NCBI GenBank assembly: GCA_964016885.1 | Contig: OZ024760.1 | Coordinates: forward strand, 13,020,001-13,084,000 | DNA length: 64,000 bases | Source of the DNA: Eledone cirrhosa | Lineage: Eukaryota | Direction: 5' to 3' | Part shown: piece by piece, positions 28,196 through 45,169 of the stretch | Numbering within the stretch: position 1 is the stretch's first letter | Layout of the letters: each line of letters opens with the position of its first letter | Translations under genes and position numbers: made by a program | The notes under the pieces: model-generated | Database searches by the model: none | Told to the model about the DNA's origin: nothing | Seen by the model: the letters and a program-made list of their open reading frames with translations, nothing else

Positions 28196-28774
28196 ATATA
28201 AACACACATTACATATATATACACACACATTACACAAACATATATATATATATATATATACATATATATACACACATTACATATACAGTATATATATATA
28301 TACACAGGGTGTCTGTATTATGACTTAACAGTACGAGGAGCTAACATTGCCCTCCTCCCTTCCAGCTCCTGGCTCCTTGTCATTCATAACTGATACGCTG
28401 TTGTTATAGCGACAGGTTCTAAGCAAAGTGTGGTTTAATTTGACAATCTGTGAGGTCACATAAGTAAGTCGGTGGGGTCACATAAGTAAGTTTGATGATT
28501 TCCTCCACCACTCCTACCAATGAAACAACCAGCCCTTCCTCTTCAGTGACTGCCTTCCTACAGTACGAAAGAGCATACTGAGTGGTGTGACGAGTGGAGC
28601 GGAGTGTCGGGTTTGAGTGAAGCGGGGTGTGGGGGCGGGTGGTGTGGAGTGGGGTGGAGTGTGTGTGTGGGGGGGGGCGATGGCGTCATGGCGATAGGGA
28701 AGAGATTCTGACCGTAAGACAACTTCTGAAAGCCCGACAATGTTGATGAGGTTTGGGTCTTATTTGTGAGATAA

Positions 28775-28882
<108 letters not shown>

Positions 28883-29447
28883 TGTGTTGTAAGTATATCA
28901 ACCAATCCTGCCAATCCTTTTCTCATGTCTTAGAAATAATTGTTTCTGCATTTGGGGGGAGGGGGAAAGTTGATTAAATCGAGTGCATTACTGGTACTTT
29001 ATTTTATCGACCCTTTAAGGGTGAAAGGCAAAGCTGACCTCGACAGGATTTGAACTCAGAATGTAAAGGGTCGTAACTCTGTGCCTTAAATCATATTGTC
29101 CGACGCTCTACCGCTTCCTGCCAATCCTCCGCCATTCTCTGGTTTATAAGAATGACACATATATATGTCTAAATTGATACTTGATAATTTAATATGATAA
29201 ACAGGGGCTTGGTATGGCTAAGAGATTAAATTCGTAATCACGTGTTTCCGAGTTCCATTTGTTTATGACACTTGATGTAACAGATCGTCAGACAACAACA
29301 AACAAAACAAACAAAACAAAAACAAAGAAAAAAAACAGACAAAAACTGATCAGTTAAATCGATACAGGACCTTAAATAAAATACTATATCGATACAATTG
29401 GTTAAGCGTCTTAAAGGCAGTGCCCCCAGCATGGCCACAGTCAAACG

Positions 29448-30057
29448 ACTGATACTATGGCATGTGGTTAGAATGTCTCAGGAAAGAATCACTGGAGTTA
29501 TTCTAGGTAGAGCCGCTACTTCTCTGAATTGAGACATCACAGTTCTGATACTATGGGCATGTGATTAGAATGTCTCAGGAAAGAATCACTGGATAGATCT
29601 GTAGCCCAGAGATCAGAGAGTCGCCCAGGTAGAGCTGCTACTACTCCGAAATGAGAGATCACAGCTCCGATACTATGGGTATGTGGTTAGAATGTTTCAG
29701 GAAAGAACCGCTGGAGAGTTGCTCCAGGTAGAGCTGCTACTTTTCTGAATTGAGAGATCACAGTTCCGGTACTATGGACATGTGGTTAGAATGTCTGAGG
29801 AAAGAATCGCTGGACAGATTTTACGAGCAAAACCAACCGGCAGGAGACCCAGAGGTAGACCCCGAGCAAGATGGTTGGATAACATCCATGAGCTTGGGCT
29901 TGGCTGGTCTCACTTGGGGATCCAGCCAGATCAGTTGGAAAAGGGTTGCTTCTGACAGGACCTGCTGGAAGGAGTGTTTTGAGGACTCTGCTCTCCATGA
30001 TCGTCTCAGGAATAAGCGGGCGATGAAGAAGAAGAAGAAGAAGAAGAAGAAGAAGAA
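29448..30057 (+). mobile_element. Same RTE 3' fragment with ~3 internal duplications and (GAA)n tail
   Basis: Homologous to 15388-15800 and 17615-18812; ends gcgat(gaa)n. Confidence 0.85.
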
Positions 30058-31233
30058 TGTTTTTTCACAACCATGCTTTGTTTTTCTATATTCTCATTTC
30101 TATGACAGCATTCTATTTTATTTAATTTTATTTTATTGTTTATATTTATTTTATTTTACTTCCTTCCCAAAGTCTATGAGCTAAATACTAAAGTAGGTCT
30201 TCTAGCCACAACAATCATAAGTTCGTCTATTTAAGCGATTTTAAATCTTTGTTCTTCATCTCGCGAGATTATTTGCTGTCCTTGGAGATGATTTTAAAAC
30301 CTTGGAACCATCACCCCCTCCTTTCTCTCAGTCTGTCTCTTTCTTTCCTTCTCTTTCCCTTTCTCTACCAAGCAATACCACACACACTATATAGTAAACT
30401 CTCTCTCCCTCTCTCTATCTCTCTCTCCATCGCGCCCTCTCTCCATCTCTCTCTCGCCATCTCCATCTCTCTCTCTCCATCTCTCCATCTCCATCTCTCC
30501 CTCTCTCTCGCCATCTCTCCATCTCTCTCGCCATCTCTCCATCTCTCTCTCCATCTCTCTCTCTCTCTCCATCTCTCTCTCTCGCCATCTCTCCATCTCT
30601 CCCTCTCCATCTTTCTCTCTCCATCTCTCCCTCTATCTCTCTCCCTCCATCTCTCTCTCTCCATCTCCATCTCTCTCAGGGTCGTATTTAATGCAGAAAC
30701 CTTGTCTGAGTGTTGCTGACATACATATCTTTAGTGTGATATCATTGTCATAGAGAGAGAGATTTGTGGGTCACTTAAACTGCAGCAGAATTTCAGTTTA
30801 ACACAGTTGTAAGTTGCTGTTTGAAGATTTGTGCATCACAAACATTGTTAAAGCTTTTCTGCCTACACTCACACACAGATAGACAGACACACACACACAC
30901 AGACAGACATACAGACACAGACACACACTCACGCACATGCAGACAGACATACACACACACACAGACACACACACACAGTTTCAGAAGATCCTGTAACTGT
31001 AAAAGGATGAAAGCAGCAGTTCTTTGTTTAAACTTTAATCTGCACTAATAATAAATATTTGCGCTACGGTTTATATATATGCTCATATATGTATTAGGTA
31101 ATTCCGAAGGAAAAGCAAAGGAAAAAAGAGTGCTCTGTGTATAGAACATCTCTCTCTGATGACCGATACATATATATTGTCTGGGATCCAGAAACCTTTG
31201 GTAATGGAGTAGTTATATTTTGTGTTGTTCACT

Positions 31234-31267
<34 letters not shown>

Positions 31268-31291
31268 GTATATGTATGTATATACACACAC

Positions 31292-31460
31292 AGAGGGTAC
31301 ACTCAAAAGGTTTCAAGACTTTTAGATTTTTATCAGAGAGACATTTATTTAACTGAGATCAACAGAAAACTCTAGTCTACCTTAAAGTAGGATCCCCCAA
31401 CTTCAATGCACATGTAGTAGCTCCCCCGTCACTTCTGGGTGGTCCCCTTGTAGGTCTCCA
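31292..31460 (-). mobile_element. Mariner transposon 3' remnant
   Basis: Minus strand YYMCIEVGGSYF matches the mariner C-terminal pattern KCI..GG.YFE; TIR-like gagggtacactcaaaagg at the end. Confidence 0.55.
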
Positions 31461-31846
31461 AAATGAAGGTATGGCTGAGGACACTTGCACGGTGTCCTTC
31501 CTGCATCATACTTCCCCTCAGGTTTCGCTCGCCATACAGTTTTATCTAGTGGAACATCTAGGCTGAGACAGCTAGAAGGGGAGAGAGACATAGGAACAGG
31601 ATGGCCTGCATCAGCATTAGGCTGGTACTTGCTTTATCGACCTTGTAAGAATGAAAGTTAAAATGATCCCCGATGGGATTTGAACTCAGAAAGGAAAGAC
31701 GTGGAACAAATCTCCAACTCTCTTACGTCTCAATCCACCCGCGCATGCGCATATCTATGTATATGTATATATATACATATGTATGTATATATGTGTGTGT
31801 GTCTGTATGTGCATGTATGTAAATATATATACTGTATGTGCATATC

Positions 31847-31949
<103 letters not shown>

Positions 31950-32748
31950 TTTTGTGCCATTCCCAGTTTATCAGAATATCGGGTGTGGCGTTTTACGTAC
32001 ATGTTGTTGTTGCTGGTGGTGTTGGTGTTGGTGGTAGTGGTGGTGGTAGAGGTGGTAGTGGTGGTGATAGTGGTGGTAATGGTTGGGGTGATAGTTGTGG
32101 TAGTGGTGGTGGTAGCGGTTTTAGTTGTGGTAGTGGTGGTGATAGTGGTGGTGGTGGTGGTGATAGTGGTGGTGGTTGTGGTAGTGGTGGTGGTGGTTTT
32201 AGTTGTGGTAGTGGTGTTGGTGGTGGTGGTGGTGGCGATGTTCATAGTGGTGGTGGTGGTGGTGTTGGTAATACATAGATGAGAAGAATGTATATTAGGG
32301 CCGGGGTGAGGGTGATGCAGGTGGGGAGGGGAGGAGGGAGAGCCTAGATAGTGCTAAATGTAGGAGTGTGTGTGTGTGAGAGTGGGGGGGAGGGGGAGGG
32401 GAGCCCTAATGATAACCAGGTGAGTTCCACTTGAAAGTGAAGTGTCATATATATAGAGATATATGAATACAAAAAAAAAATGTTACGTAGTTAATAATTT
32501 GAAACGCAGTAACCAAATTTTAATACCTTCCAAGTCACTTTTTTCCCATAAAACAGGAAGAATTTCAAAATAGTGATCAGATTAGAGCAACAATTTTTTG
32601 AAAAACATAAGAAATGCGCGACCGGTAAAAACTTAAAACTAAAATTGAATACTAATACTTATTACTAACTAATACTTATTACTAACTAATACTTATTCCT
32701 AATTAAACTATTTTTCACTGGGAAAAATTTGTCAGCATTTTCTTTTTA

Positions 32749-35700
<2,952 letters not shown>

Positions 35701-35917
35701 ATATATATTAATCTATAGATAAAATATTTAAAATATCATATTGATCTCCATGAGAAACGTGTTAAAAGTACACGTGTCTGTGCCATGTTCAGCCACTTAT
35801 ACGAGACTACAAGACGGATTATGTTTGTCACACACTGTTTCTCTTTGAATCTCCAAATTCCGATCGTCAGCCTTCAATCTCTCGTGAGAAGCGTGTTTGA
35901 GGCACGTTAATTTCTTC

Positions 35918-36102
35918 GCGGTGGATTGGTAGTGTCGGTAGAGGGTCGGACGCCATGCTTTCCAGCATAGTTATGGCCCTTTGCGATCTGAGTTCAAATC
36001 CCGCCGAGGTTGACTTTGCCTTTCATCCTTACGGGGTCGATAAAATAAAGTACCAGTAATGCACTGGGTAATTACCGGCCTTGTGCCTAAAGTAGAAACA
36101 GT
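35918..36102 (+). mobile_element. SINE copy
   Basis: Full consensus; TSD gttaatttcttc on both sides. Confidence 0.85.
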
Positions 36103-36749
36103 TAATTTCTTCACAAGCAAGCAGGCTGTGCCGTTGATCAGCCTCAGCACATCAACCCCACAACCTAATCTCAATTTTTGCTTATCATTCATTCCCACAG
36201 GGTGTTTTTGTAACACTTGGCGACGGTGTGAATATAGGGAGAAGGATTGCTAAGGGAGGGTGTGTGTGTGGGGGGGGGGATTATATGGTGCTAATGTTGT
36301 TGGAAGTAACAGTGGTGTTGGATATGATAGCGGTGTTGGAGGTGATGGTGTTGTTGGAGGTGATGGTGTTGTTGGAGGTGATGGTGTTGTTGTTATTACT
36401 GTTGCTGTTCTCACCACCACCACCACCATTACCACCAACACCATCACTACCATCACCACTACATCTCATCACCACCACCACCACCACCACCACCACTCAA
36501 TGTAAGACATTCCATTATGCTATAAAAGTCTTTCAAAGAATACATATTTAAAAAATTTTAATTATGATATGCACACACATACATACACACATGATGTGCA
36601 CACACATACATACACACATACATACACACGCATACTTACATACACACACATACAGACACATACATACAGACACATACATGCACACACATACAGACACACA
36701 TACAGACACACATACATACACACATGCATACACAGATGGTAGGTTGATA

Positions 36750-37495
36750 ACAGTGTTAGTGCGTTAGACAAAATCAATTGTGGCATTTAGTTACGTCCCT
36801 TTACGATCCGAGTTCGAATCCTGCCGAGGTTAAGCTTTATCTTTCATCCTTACAAGGTCGATAAAATAAAGTACCAGTAATGCACTGGGATAATTGCTGG
36901 CCTTGTGCCTAAAGTAGAAACAATTATTATATTTCTATTGGCGGTGAATTGGCAGTATGGGTAGAGGGTCGGACGCCATGCTTTCTAGCATAGTTACGTC
37001 CCTTTACAGTCTGAGTTCAAATCCCGCCTAGGTTAGCTTTGCCTTTCATCCTTACGGGGTCGATAAAATAAAGTACCAGTAATGTACTGGGTATTTGCTG
37101 GCCTTGTGCCAAAAATAGAAACAATTATTATATTTCTTTTGGGGCGATAGATTGACAGGAATCAGTAGAGCGTTGGTCAACATGCTTTGCGGCATAGAGT
37201 CACAGCCCTTTACGTTCTGGGTTCAAATCCCGCCGAGATTAAGCTTTTCCTTTCATCCTTACAAGATCGATAAAATAAAGTACCAGTAACGCACTGGAGT
37301 CGATTTAATCGACTTTCCCCTCCCCACCAAAAGTTGCCGTTGGCCTTGTCCCTAAATTAGAAAACATTATCTACGTTCTGAGTTCAAATCCCACCGAGGT
37401 TAACTTTGCCTTTCATTCTTATGGGGTCCAGAAAAGAAAGTACCAGTAATGCACTGGGGTAATTGCTGGCCTTTTGCCTAAATCAGAAACCATTA
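36750..37495 (+). mobile_element. Cluster of four SINE copies
   Basis: Successive copies; TSD-like attattatatttct at ~36923 and ~37124. Confidence 0.8.
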
Positions 37496-37929
37496 ATATA
37501 TTAAACTGGCAGTAGTTGGTAGACCGTCGAACAAAAAATGTTTTGTGATATTCAAGTATGGTTCCCAGGGACCTCGGTTCGCGTTTCATTTCTCAACATT
37601 GCTGGCCTTGAGCCTTAATTAGAAACCTTTGTTTATTTATTTATTTAAAATACCACGTGACTTATCAAAATCTAATTTCAGACCAGATCTGTTGGTAGTC
37701 ACTAGTGGAGGTGGTAGTGGAGGTGGTGGTAGTGGTGGTGGCGGTCTTAGTGTTGGTAGTCACTAGAGGTGTTGGTGGTGGTGGTGGTGGTGGTGGTGGT
37801 CTTAGTGTTGGTAGTCACTAGAGGTGTTGGTGGTGGTGGTCACAAGTGTGTGAGGAGGGGGGGGTATCCAATATTGTCTTTCTGTTTTACGTTAGTCTCT
37901 CTCATTCTCTCGGTAGATATTTCCCTTTC

Positions 37930-37986
<57 letters not shown>

Positions 37987-37996
37987 GAAAGGGAAA

Positions 37997-38032
<36 letters not shown>

Positions 38033-38041
38033 AAAGGGAAA

Positions 38042-38086
<45 letters not shown>

Positions 38087-38096
38087 GAAAGGGAAA

Positions 38097-38137
<41 letters not shown>

Positions 38138-38147
38138 GAAAGGGAAA

Positions 38148-38188
<41 letters not shown>

Positions 38189-39019
38189 GAAAGGGAAAGG
38201 ATATATATATATATATGACGCACACATGTATATATACATACACATATATATATATTATTATTAGCACGTCCCTTCTATCCTGCTTCACCCCCCTCTCCTC
38301 CGCCTTCTCCCCCACCCCCTCCTCTCTCGCCCTCTCTCTCTCACTCTCTCTCTCTCTCTCTCTATATATTATTCAAACCTTAGTTTTATCTTGAAATCTA
38401 ATACATTGTTTATACTGTTTGTTTGTTTCTATCTTTTTCTTTTTTTTACTTCGGAAGAAAGAAGAAGAAGAAAAGTATGTGGGTGGAGAAATGGGGGGGG
38501 GGGGGGGTAGTGGTGGAGGGGCGGGGCGATTTTTTATTGCTAATCCTACTGTGTAAAATCATCGTTGCGAAGGCAGTGTAACAGCAGAATCGGTGGAGCA
38601 CCAAATTAAACTATTTAGTTAAACACCATTACACACTGCGTTCAAATCCATCAGTAAGCCCCTTTTATTTTGCAGCCCCACTCGCCTGGGTCTCCATAAA
38701 AAATCAAGTAAGTGTGCCACTCAAGTCAAGGGTGCAGGGGGCGATTTAAAATACTGAATCATTTGAACTCGGAATGTAAAGGAACAGAATCAAATACCAC
38801 ATGGTATTATTCTCTCCCACGCTCTAATGACCCTACAAACCTTCATATGTATTTTTGTCCAGATTAATACTATTATTATGCTATGGATAAGTCAATATAT
38901 CGATACACCCTTTGTTTCTTTTGTTCTTTTGTCCTCTGAAACGACCGTAAACCAATGGATTAATTAACTTCTAAACCTTGCCTTATTTAATTTCATCGTT
39001 CAACCTTATATATATATAT

Positions 39020-39170
39020 ATTTGTTATATTTGGGGTGGTCATGTTGCCAGTATTGTCAGTAAAGAGAAACACATGCGCCATGATTTTCACTTTATCGTT
39101 ATTGTTCGTTATTCATTAATTGGTCAAAGTTCTTTTGTCACACATTCTGTTACCCCCTCAACGACTATCT
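39020..39170 (-). mobile_element. Decayed family C fragment
   Basis: Minus strand gtcgttgagggggtaacagaatgtgtgacaaaagaactttgac. Confidence 0.45.
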
Positions 39171-39172
39171 GT

Positions 39173-39217
<45 letters not shown>

Positions 39218-40545
39218 ATATATATATATATATATATATACACACAGATGGGGGAGAGCGAGAGACAAAGGGAGAGAAAGTAAGGAGTAGAGAGAGTGAG
39301 GGAGAGAGAAGGAGAGAGAAACAAAGCGAGGGAGTGAGAGAGCGAGAGAGAGAGAATCTGACTAATATATTCTACAGACAGACCGACTGCTAAACAGCCA
39401 GCCTGAGAGACTAAATAGAAATCGGGGGGGACAGAAACAAACTATTTTCGCCAGTAACTGTGGCCCCTTTCTATATAACAACCGTGCTTGTATCTTGTAA
39501 AATGATATTACAGAGAATGTCAAAAAATTCTGGACCCCTAAACTAATTCCTTTGTTTTCCCCACCACAGCCCTCCCTCTCTACACCTCACCCCCACCCCA
39601 GTCCTCCCTCTCTACACCTCATCCCCACCCCAGTCCTCCCTCTCTACACCTCATCCCCACCCCAGTCCTCACTACACCCCACCCACACACATTTGTCTGC
39701 CTTCCTTTCTCTCTCTCCCTTCCACTGTTCTTTCCTCCTTTTCTCTTCTCTCTATCATCCATAGCCTTACAAGAATGTCAGAGACACCCTCCCACCCACC
39801 CCCACCGTTCTACTTTTTAACTAAAAGATCCCCTCTCTCTTATATATGTGTGTATACTCTTTTACTCAGAGCCCATGTGTTGGCTGTCAGTCTGTGTGTG
39901 TATGTGAGTGTGAATGTGTGTGTGTGTATGCGTTGCGTTTGCATGTGTGTGTGTGTGTGTGTGTGTGTAGGGGAGTGTGAATGTGTGTCTGTGTGTGTGT
40001 ATGTGAGTGTGAATGTGTGTCTGTGCGTGATATGTGTGTTGTACGCATTTGCGTGTGTGTTTGCATGTGTGTGAGTGTGTGTATGTGTTTATGTGTATGG
40101 CATGTGTATTTGTGCGTTTGCATGTGTGCGTATGCGTGAGTGATATGTATGAGAAGCCGTGTGTGTGTGTGAGTTGAGAGAAAGAGAGAGATAAAGTGAA
40201 AGGTTGTATGTGTTGATGTATGTGTGTGTGTGAATGATAGATAAAGCAAAAGAATAAGGTTGTGTGTGTGTTTGTGTGAATGTGTGTATTACACGCACGT
40301 GTACGCGTGGGTGTGAGTATTTATCAGTATACATATATGCGAGTTCATATTGTGCCATTCCAGTATTATTTTCTATCTCTCTCTCACACACACACACACG
40401 CGCGCGCGCGCGCGCACTTTTGGCTGTCATTTAAGACACGACCATTTTCTAGTTTCAATTTCGTTATTAGAAAGCTTCTCATATTTTCTAATAAAACTTG
40501 TACAGTTTGTTTGGATCAAATAACAGTTTCTATCTCTATAACTTT

Positions 40546-40584
40546 GTCGACGTTTCGAGACTCTCGCGACCTCATCATCAGGAG
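40546..40584 (-). ncRNA. Minimal hammerhead ribozyme
   Basis: Minus strand: ctc-CTGATGA-tGAGGT cgcgaga GTCTC-GAAACGTC-gac; palindromic stem III ACGT, weak stem I. Confidence 0.65.
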
Positions 40585-40839
40585 TTTTCTTGGTTTATTG
40601 ATACAGTCTTTTTAATATTCTCTTTAATATTCAGTGTGGAGACAGCCACATCAGTAATATGACCAGAAGCACATTCTTTGAAAGGAAAGGTGTCTCTACA
40701 TGTATGTGTATGTGTGTTGTATTACTATATCTGCGATTTTACATGTAGGCGTATATACATACATATCTTTGTATATATATATAAATTATATATATATATA
40801 AATGATATATAATATATATACATTTACGTACACACACAC

Positions 40840-40882
<43 letters not shown>

Positions 40883-41460
40883 TATACATACATACATAGA
40901 AACACCTACACACACGTAAATATGTGTGTTATGTTGACACAAAACCCTCTGTGTTGTAAGATGAAAGGACAAAAAAACATAGACGTGTATTTGTGTGTGT
41001 GTGTATATATGTGTGATGTGTATGTGTGATGGTGTGTGTGTGTGTGTGACGGTGTGTGGTGGGGATGAATGTATAAATACAGAACTCGTCTATCTGAAAT
41101 AACAACAGTCAGCATTTAATTGAAAAACAAAAGACAAACAATCCAAGAACAAAGAATGTGAGGCAAAGTGGAGTGAGAGTGGGAGAGGGAGGAAGATGGG
41201 TGAGAGTGATGTGAGGATGGGAAAAGAGGAGGAGGGAAGGAAACTAATTTCCGAGTCCTATATTCTTCTAATTCAACTACTCACCTCACCAAAATTCCAT
41301 CTTACACTCCACCTAAAACTGGCATACCTATCTCCAGCTTTACATTTCCATCTGTCTTTCTTTCCATCCTTCCATCTATCTATCGACCCACCAGGCCATC
41401 TATCCTCCTATTTATTCATTCATTCAACCACACAGCTACGTACCCTTCTACTCATTCCTT

Positions 41461-42165
41461 TATCCACCCCAATCACCTATATATCCATCCATTTCTCTAT
41501 CCAGCCATCTATATATCTACCCAGCTATATCTCCACCCCTGTATCCACCCCAATCACCTATATATCCATCCATTTCTCTATCCAGCCATCTATATATCTG
41601 CCCAGCTATATCTCCACCCCTGTATCCACCCCAATCACCTATATATCCATCCATTTCTCTATCCAGCCATCTATATATCTACCCAGCTATATCTCCACCC
41701 CTGTATCCACCCCAATCACCTATATATCCATCCATTTCTCTATCCAGCCATCTATATATCTGCCCAGCTATATCTCCACCCCTGTATCCACCCCAATCAC
41801 CTATATATCCATCCATTTCTCTATCCAGCCATCTATATATCTACCCAGCTATATCTCCACCCCTGTATCCACCCCAATCACCTATATACCCATCCATTTC
41901 TCTATCCAGCCATCTATATATCTACCCAGCTATATCTCCACCCCTGTATCCACCCCAATCACCTAAATACCCATCCATTTCTCTATCCAACCATCTATAT
42001 ATCTACCCAGCTATATCTCCACCCCTGTATCCACCCCAATCACCTATATACCCATCCATTTCTCTATCCAACCATCTATATATCTACCCAGCTATATCTC
42101 CACCCCTGTATCCACCCCAATCACCTAAATACCCATCCATTTCTCTATCCAACCATCTATATACA
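41461..42165. repeat. 81-bp minisatellite, ~8.5 units
   Basis: tatccaccccaatcacctatatatccatcc... with period 81. Confidence 0.9.
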
Positions 42166-42189
42166 CCCAACGATCATACATTTAAAAAC

Positions 42190-42476
42190 CTGGCCGTTTC
42201 GACAGCTACATCCGAACAGTTCAGACCTAGCTGTCGAAAGGGCAGGAGCTCAGCCGTCGGGGTCCTGACTCTTTTCCTATTACCCACTCTACTACCCTAA
42301 GTATTGAGTACTCTGGTGGGTTATGGTCCACCTGGGATCTTACCACACTTTCTTTATTATATATATATATATATAACGAAGGAAGTGTGGTAAGGAACCA
42401 GGTGGACCATAACACACCAGAGTACTCGATACTTTGGGTAGTAGAGTGGGTAATAGGAAAAGAGTCAGGACCCCCT
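42190..42476. mobile_element. Two family B copies tail-to-tail across a (TA)n tract
   Basis: 42190-42358 (+, with fold-back 5' end) and 42376-42476 (-). Confidence 0.7.
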
Positions 42477-42498
42477 ATATATATATATATTTATATAT

Positions 42499-42541
<43 letters not shown>

Positions 42542-43013
42542 ATATTTCAACCAGTAACGGTTATCAGAATCAGAAAATAAAAAAAAAATACCAAATATTT
42601 ATCTGATGATAGAATATCGAGAAACATTATTTTTAAGCAAAATTTAAACAAAATAAAACAAAATTAAACAAAAATAAAATAAAATAAAATGAAATAAAAT
42701 AAAATAAAAACATTTTTACGGTTCATCTCCCTTACCTTATCATATCTGACAAAATCAACAAGACTCCGTCCATCTGCAAGCTATCGTCTGCAAGCTATCG
42801 TCTGGATTAATCATTCTCTTTCATCCTGAACAGAAAGAAGGAATTTATCTGAATAAAATCGGTTTATCTCAATACATCAACGTTTATTCAATCATTTTAA
42901 TTCTGTAAATTAAAATTTGAATTAAATACGTGAAGAATAACTGATAAATGTCGACATAGTTGAGGGTCTTGATGAACTTTACCCTAAATCTTCTATTTAT
43001 AATTTCTTGTGAG

Positions 43014-43045
<32 letters not shown>

Positions 43046-43675
43046 CACATACACACACACATATATATATATATACACACACACATATGTTTCTGTGGGG
43101 AACCAGTTGACCGCGAGCTCACCGTAAGCATTATCAATGCCTGTGTGTGTGTGTTTGTATGTCTGTGTGTGTGTGTATCTGTGTGCGTGTGTGTGTAGCT
43201 ATGCCTTTCTTTCTCTGGTATGTGTGTGTGCGCGTGTGTATCTATGCTTGTGTGCGCGTGTGTATCTATGCTTGTGTGCGTATCTGTGTGTATGTGTATC
43301 TATGCCTGTGTGTGTATATATGCCTGTGTGTGTGTATATATATAAGTTTGTGTGTGCATGTGCATCTATGACAGTCTGTGTATGTGTGTGTGTGTGTGTA
43401 TTTATCTTAATCCATCGACATTTATCTAATTATAATTATTAAACATAAACCTCCATCAAATTTAATTTAGACTCAACGGGATTAAGCAGCATAAAATCTC
43501 GCGATATAGAATTATACATTAGATATAGAAATATCTTCCAGCCGAGATTTTAAACATTTTAAACAGCCGACAGCTGTTAGTGGTGGCTTACTTCGTCTTG
43601 GGATTACATTACAACACAACGTTACACACACGCATGGATATATATATATACACACACACACACATGGATGTATAA

Positions 43676-44197
43676 TCCATATACATAAATGCCAATTTCT
43701 GTCTGTTTGTTTGTGAACCTAAAACTCAAAAACTACAAAACCCATCTTGATGAAACTTGACACGTGTGTGGGGCTCATGCCCATTTGATTTCTTACGTAT
43801 ATTTCTTTTTAATTCCCCGGGGGCTCAAAGTCCCGCTGAAAACCCCCGCTGAACATTTTTTCCCTTCGATTTATATGAAATTTAAACCATAGGTAAATGA
43901 CAAGATGTGATGCCTATTCACAAAATTTCAGCAAATTTCAATAATATTAAGACACCCTAATGGGGGTTTCTATGTTTTTCCTTATAGCAACACTCAACTT
44001 CTCTGACAAATATTTTTTCACCTGACCAATGCAATCAACAATATATGTTTCTATTATTGTTTCGTAAATGAATTTGTCTTCGCTTTTCATTATCTGTCTT
44101 ATATTTTGATTTCATTTTTTGTCTGAGAGGCATTGGGCATTTTAATGGGAACTGGGAATAGCCTCCGCTCCCGGGTATTACCGGGTACCTCAGCTAT
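43676..44197 (+). mobile_element. Non-autonomous Helitron-like element
   Basis: 5' TC start with a ctgt/ttgt microsatellite and ttgatgaaacttgacac motif; 3' hairpin cccgg-gtatta-ccggg followed by cagctat (CTAG-like end). Confidence 0.6.
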
Positions 44198-44802
44198 ATA
44201 TAGAATGCTATTTCATTTTGATTTTGAAAGTAGGTTTATAATTATCAATTTTCATTAACCTTTTGTAGTTGTGTCAGTGACCGAGTTGGAGGAATCATAG
44301 ACGGTGGTGATCCGGGTCTGAAGTTCGATCCTAGTCGGGAGTGGAGTTCCCGGTGATACTTTTCAATTTTTTTCTGTTGGTTGTAAAATAAAAACTGAAA
44401 AAGGTTACATGTACCTCTTGACCAGGATTGAACAAAAGACCAGTATCTCCACCGTCTCTAGTACCTACCGCTGGGACACTGAGACAACTACAAAAACCTT
44501 ATGAAAATTCATACTTATAAACCTACTTTCAAAATGTTCAATACAAAACGATGAGACTTCGTTCATGTCTTTCTTAATGTTATTGCTCCTAAATCATTTG
44601 GGTGTTCCATAAACTACATCCTCCTTTTGTTTCTAATCTATCTAGACTATATTTTAACCTGTAATCCAGGTTTCATTTCTGTTGCACCTCGTTCCCCCCT
44701 CTCTTTCTCTCTGTGATATTTGAATCTACTGTGATTTGGGCTTACCTTATTCATATATATATGTTTTTGCATGTCAGATTCAAACTTACAATGGTTGGCA
44801 TT

Positions 44803-44986
44803 GGTGGATTGGCAGTATCGGTAGAGGGTCGGACGCCATGCTTTCCAGCATAGTTACGTCCCTTTACGATCTGAGTTCAAATCCCGCCGAGGTTGACTTT
44901 GCCTTTCATCCTTACGGGGTCGATAAAATAAAGTACCAGTAATGCACTGGATAATTGCTGGCCTTGTGCCTAAAGTAGAAACAATT
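44803..44986 (+). mobile_element. SINE copy just upstream of the HS3ST acceptor
   Basis: Full consensus. Confidence 0.85.
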
Positions 44987-45089
44987 ATATATATATATAG
45001 TGTGTGTGTGTGTGTGTTCACATGTGTCGCTTCAATTATACTATATATTTGTTTTTTGTTGTTTTGTTTGTTCAAAATTATCTCCCCCT

Positions 45090-45127
45090 GTTTTTAATCT
45101 CTTTCTTTTATTTATTTCTAATTACAG
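45090..45127 (+). promoter_or_regulatory. Splice acceptor upstream of the HS3ST coding exon
   Basis: Long polypyrimidine tract ending ...tttctaattacag at 45127, 42 nt before the ATG; implies an upstream non-coding exon that was not located. Confidence 0.65.
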
Positions 45128-45169
45128 AGAATCTGTCGCAGCTACGTAATTTCACGTTTACGGAGCATC

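Noticed and set aside
38935-39008. GAAACGACCGTA as an HHR 3' half
   Set aside because: No upstream CTGANGA or stem I partner found.
41196-41966. 256-aa ORF with 27-aa repeats
   Set aside because: Produced by an 81-bp minisatellite; later units contain stops; no domain signal.
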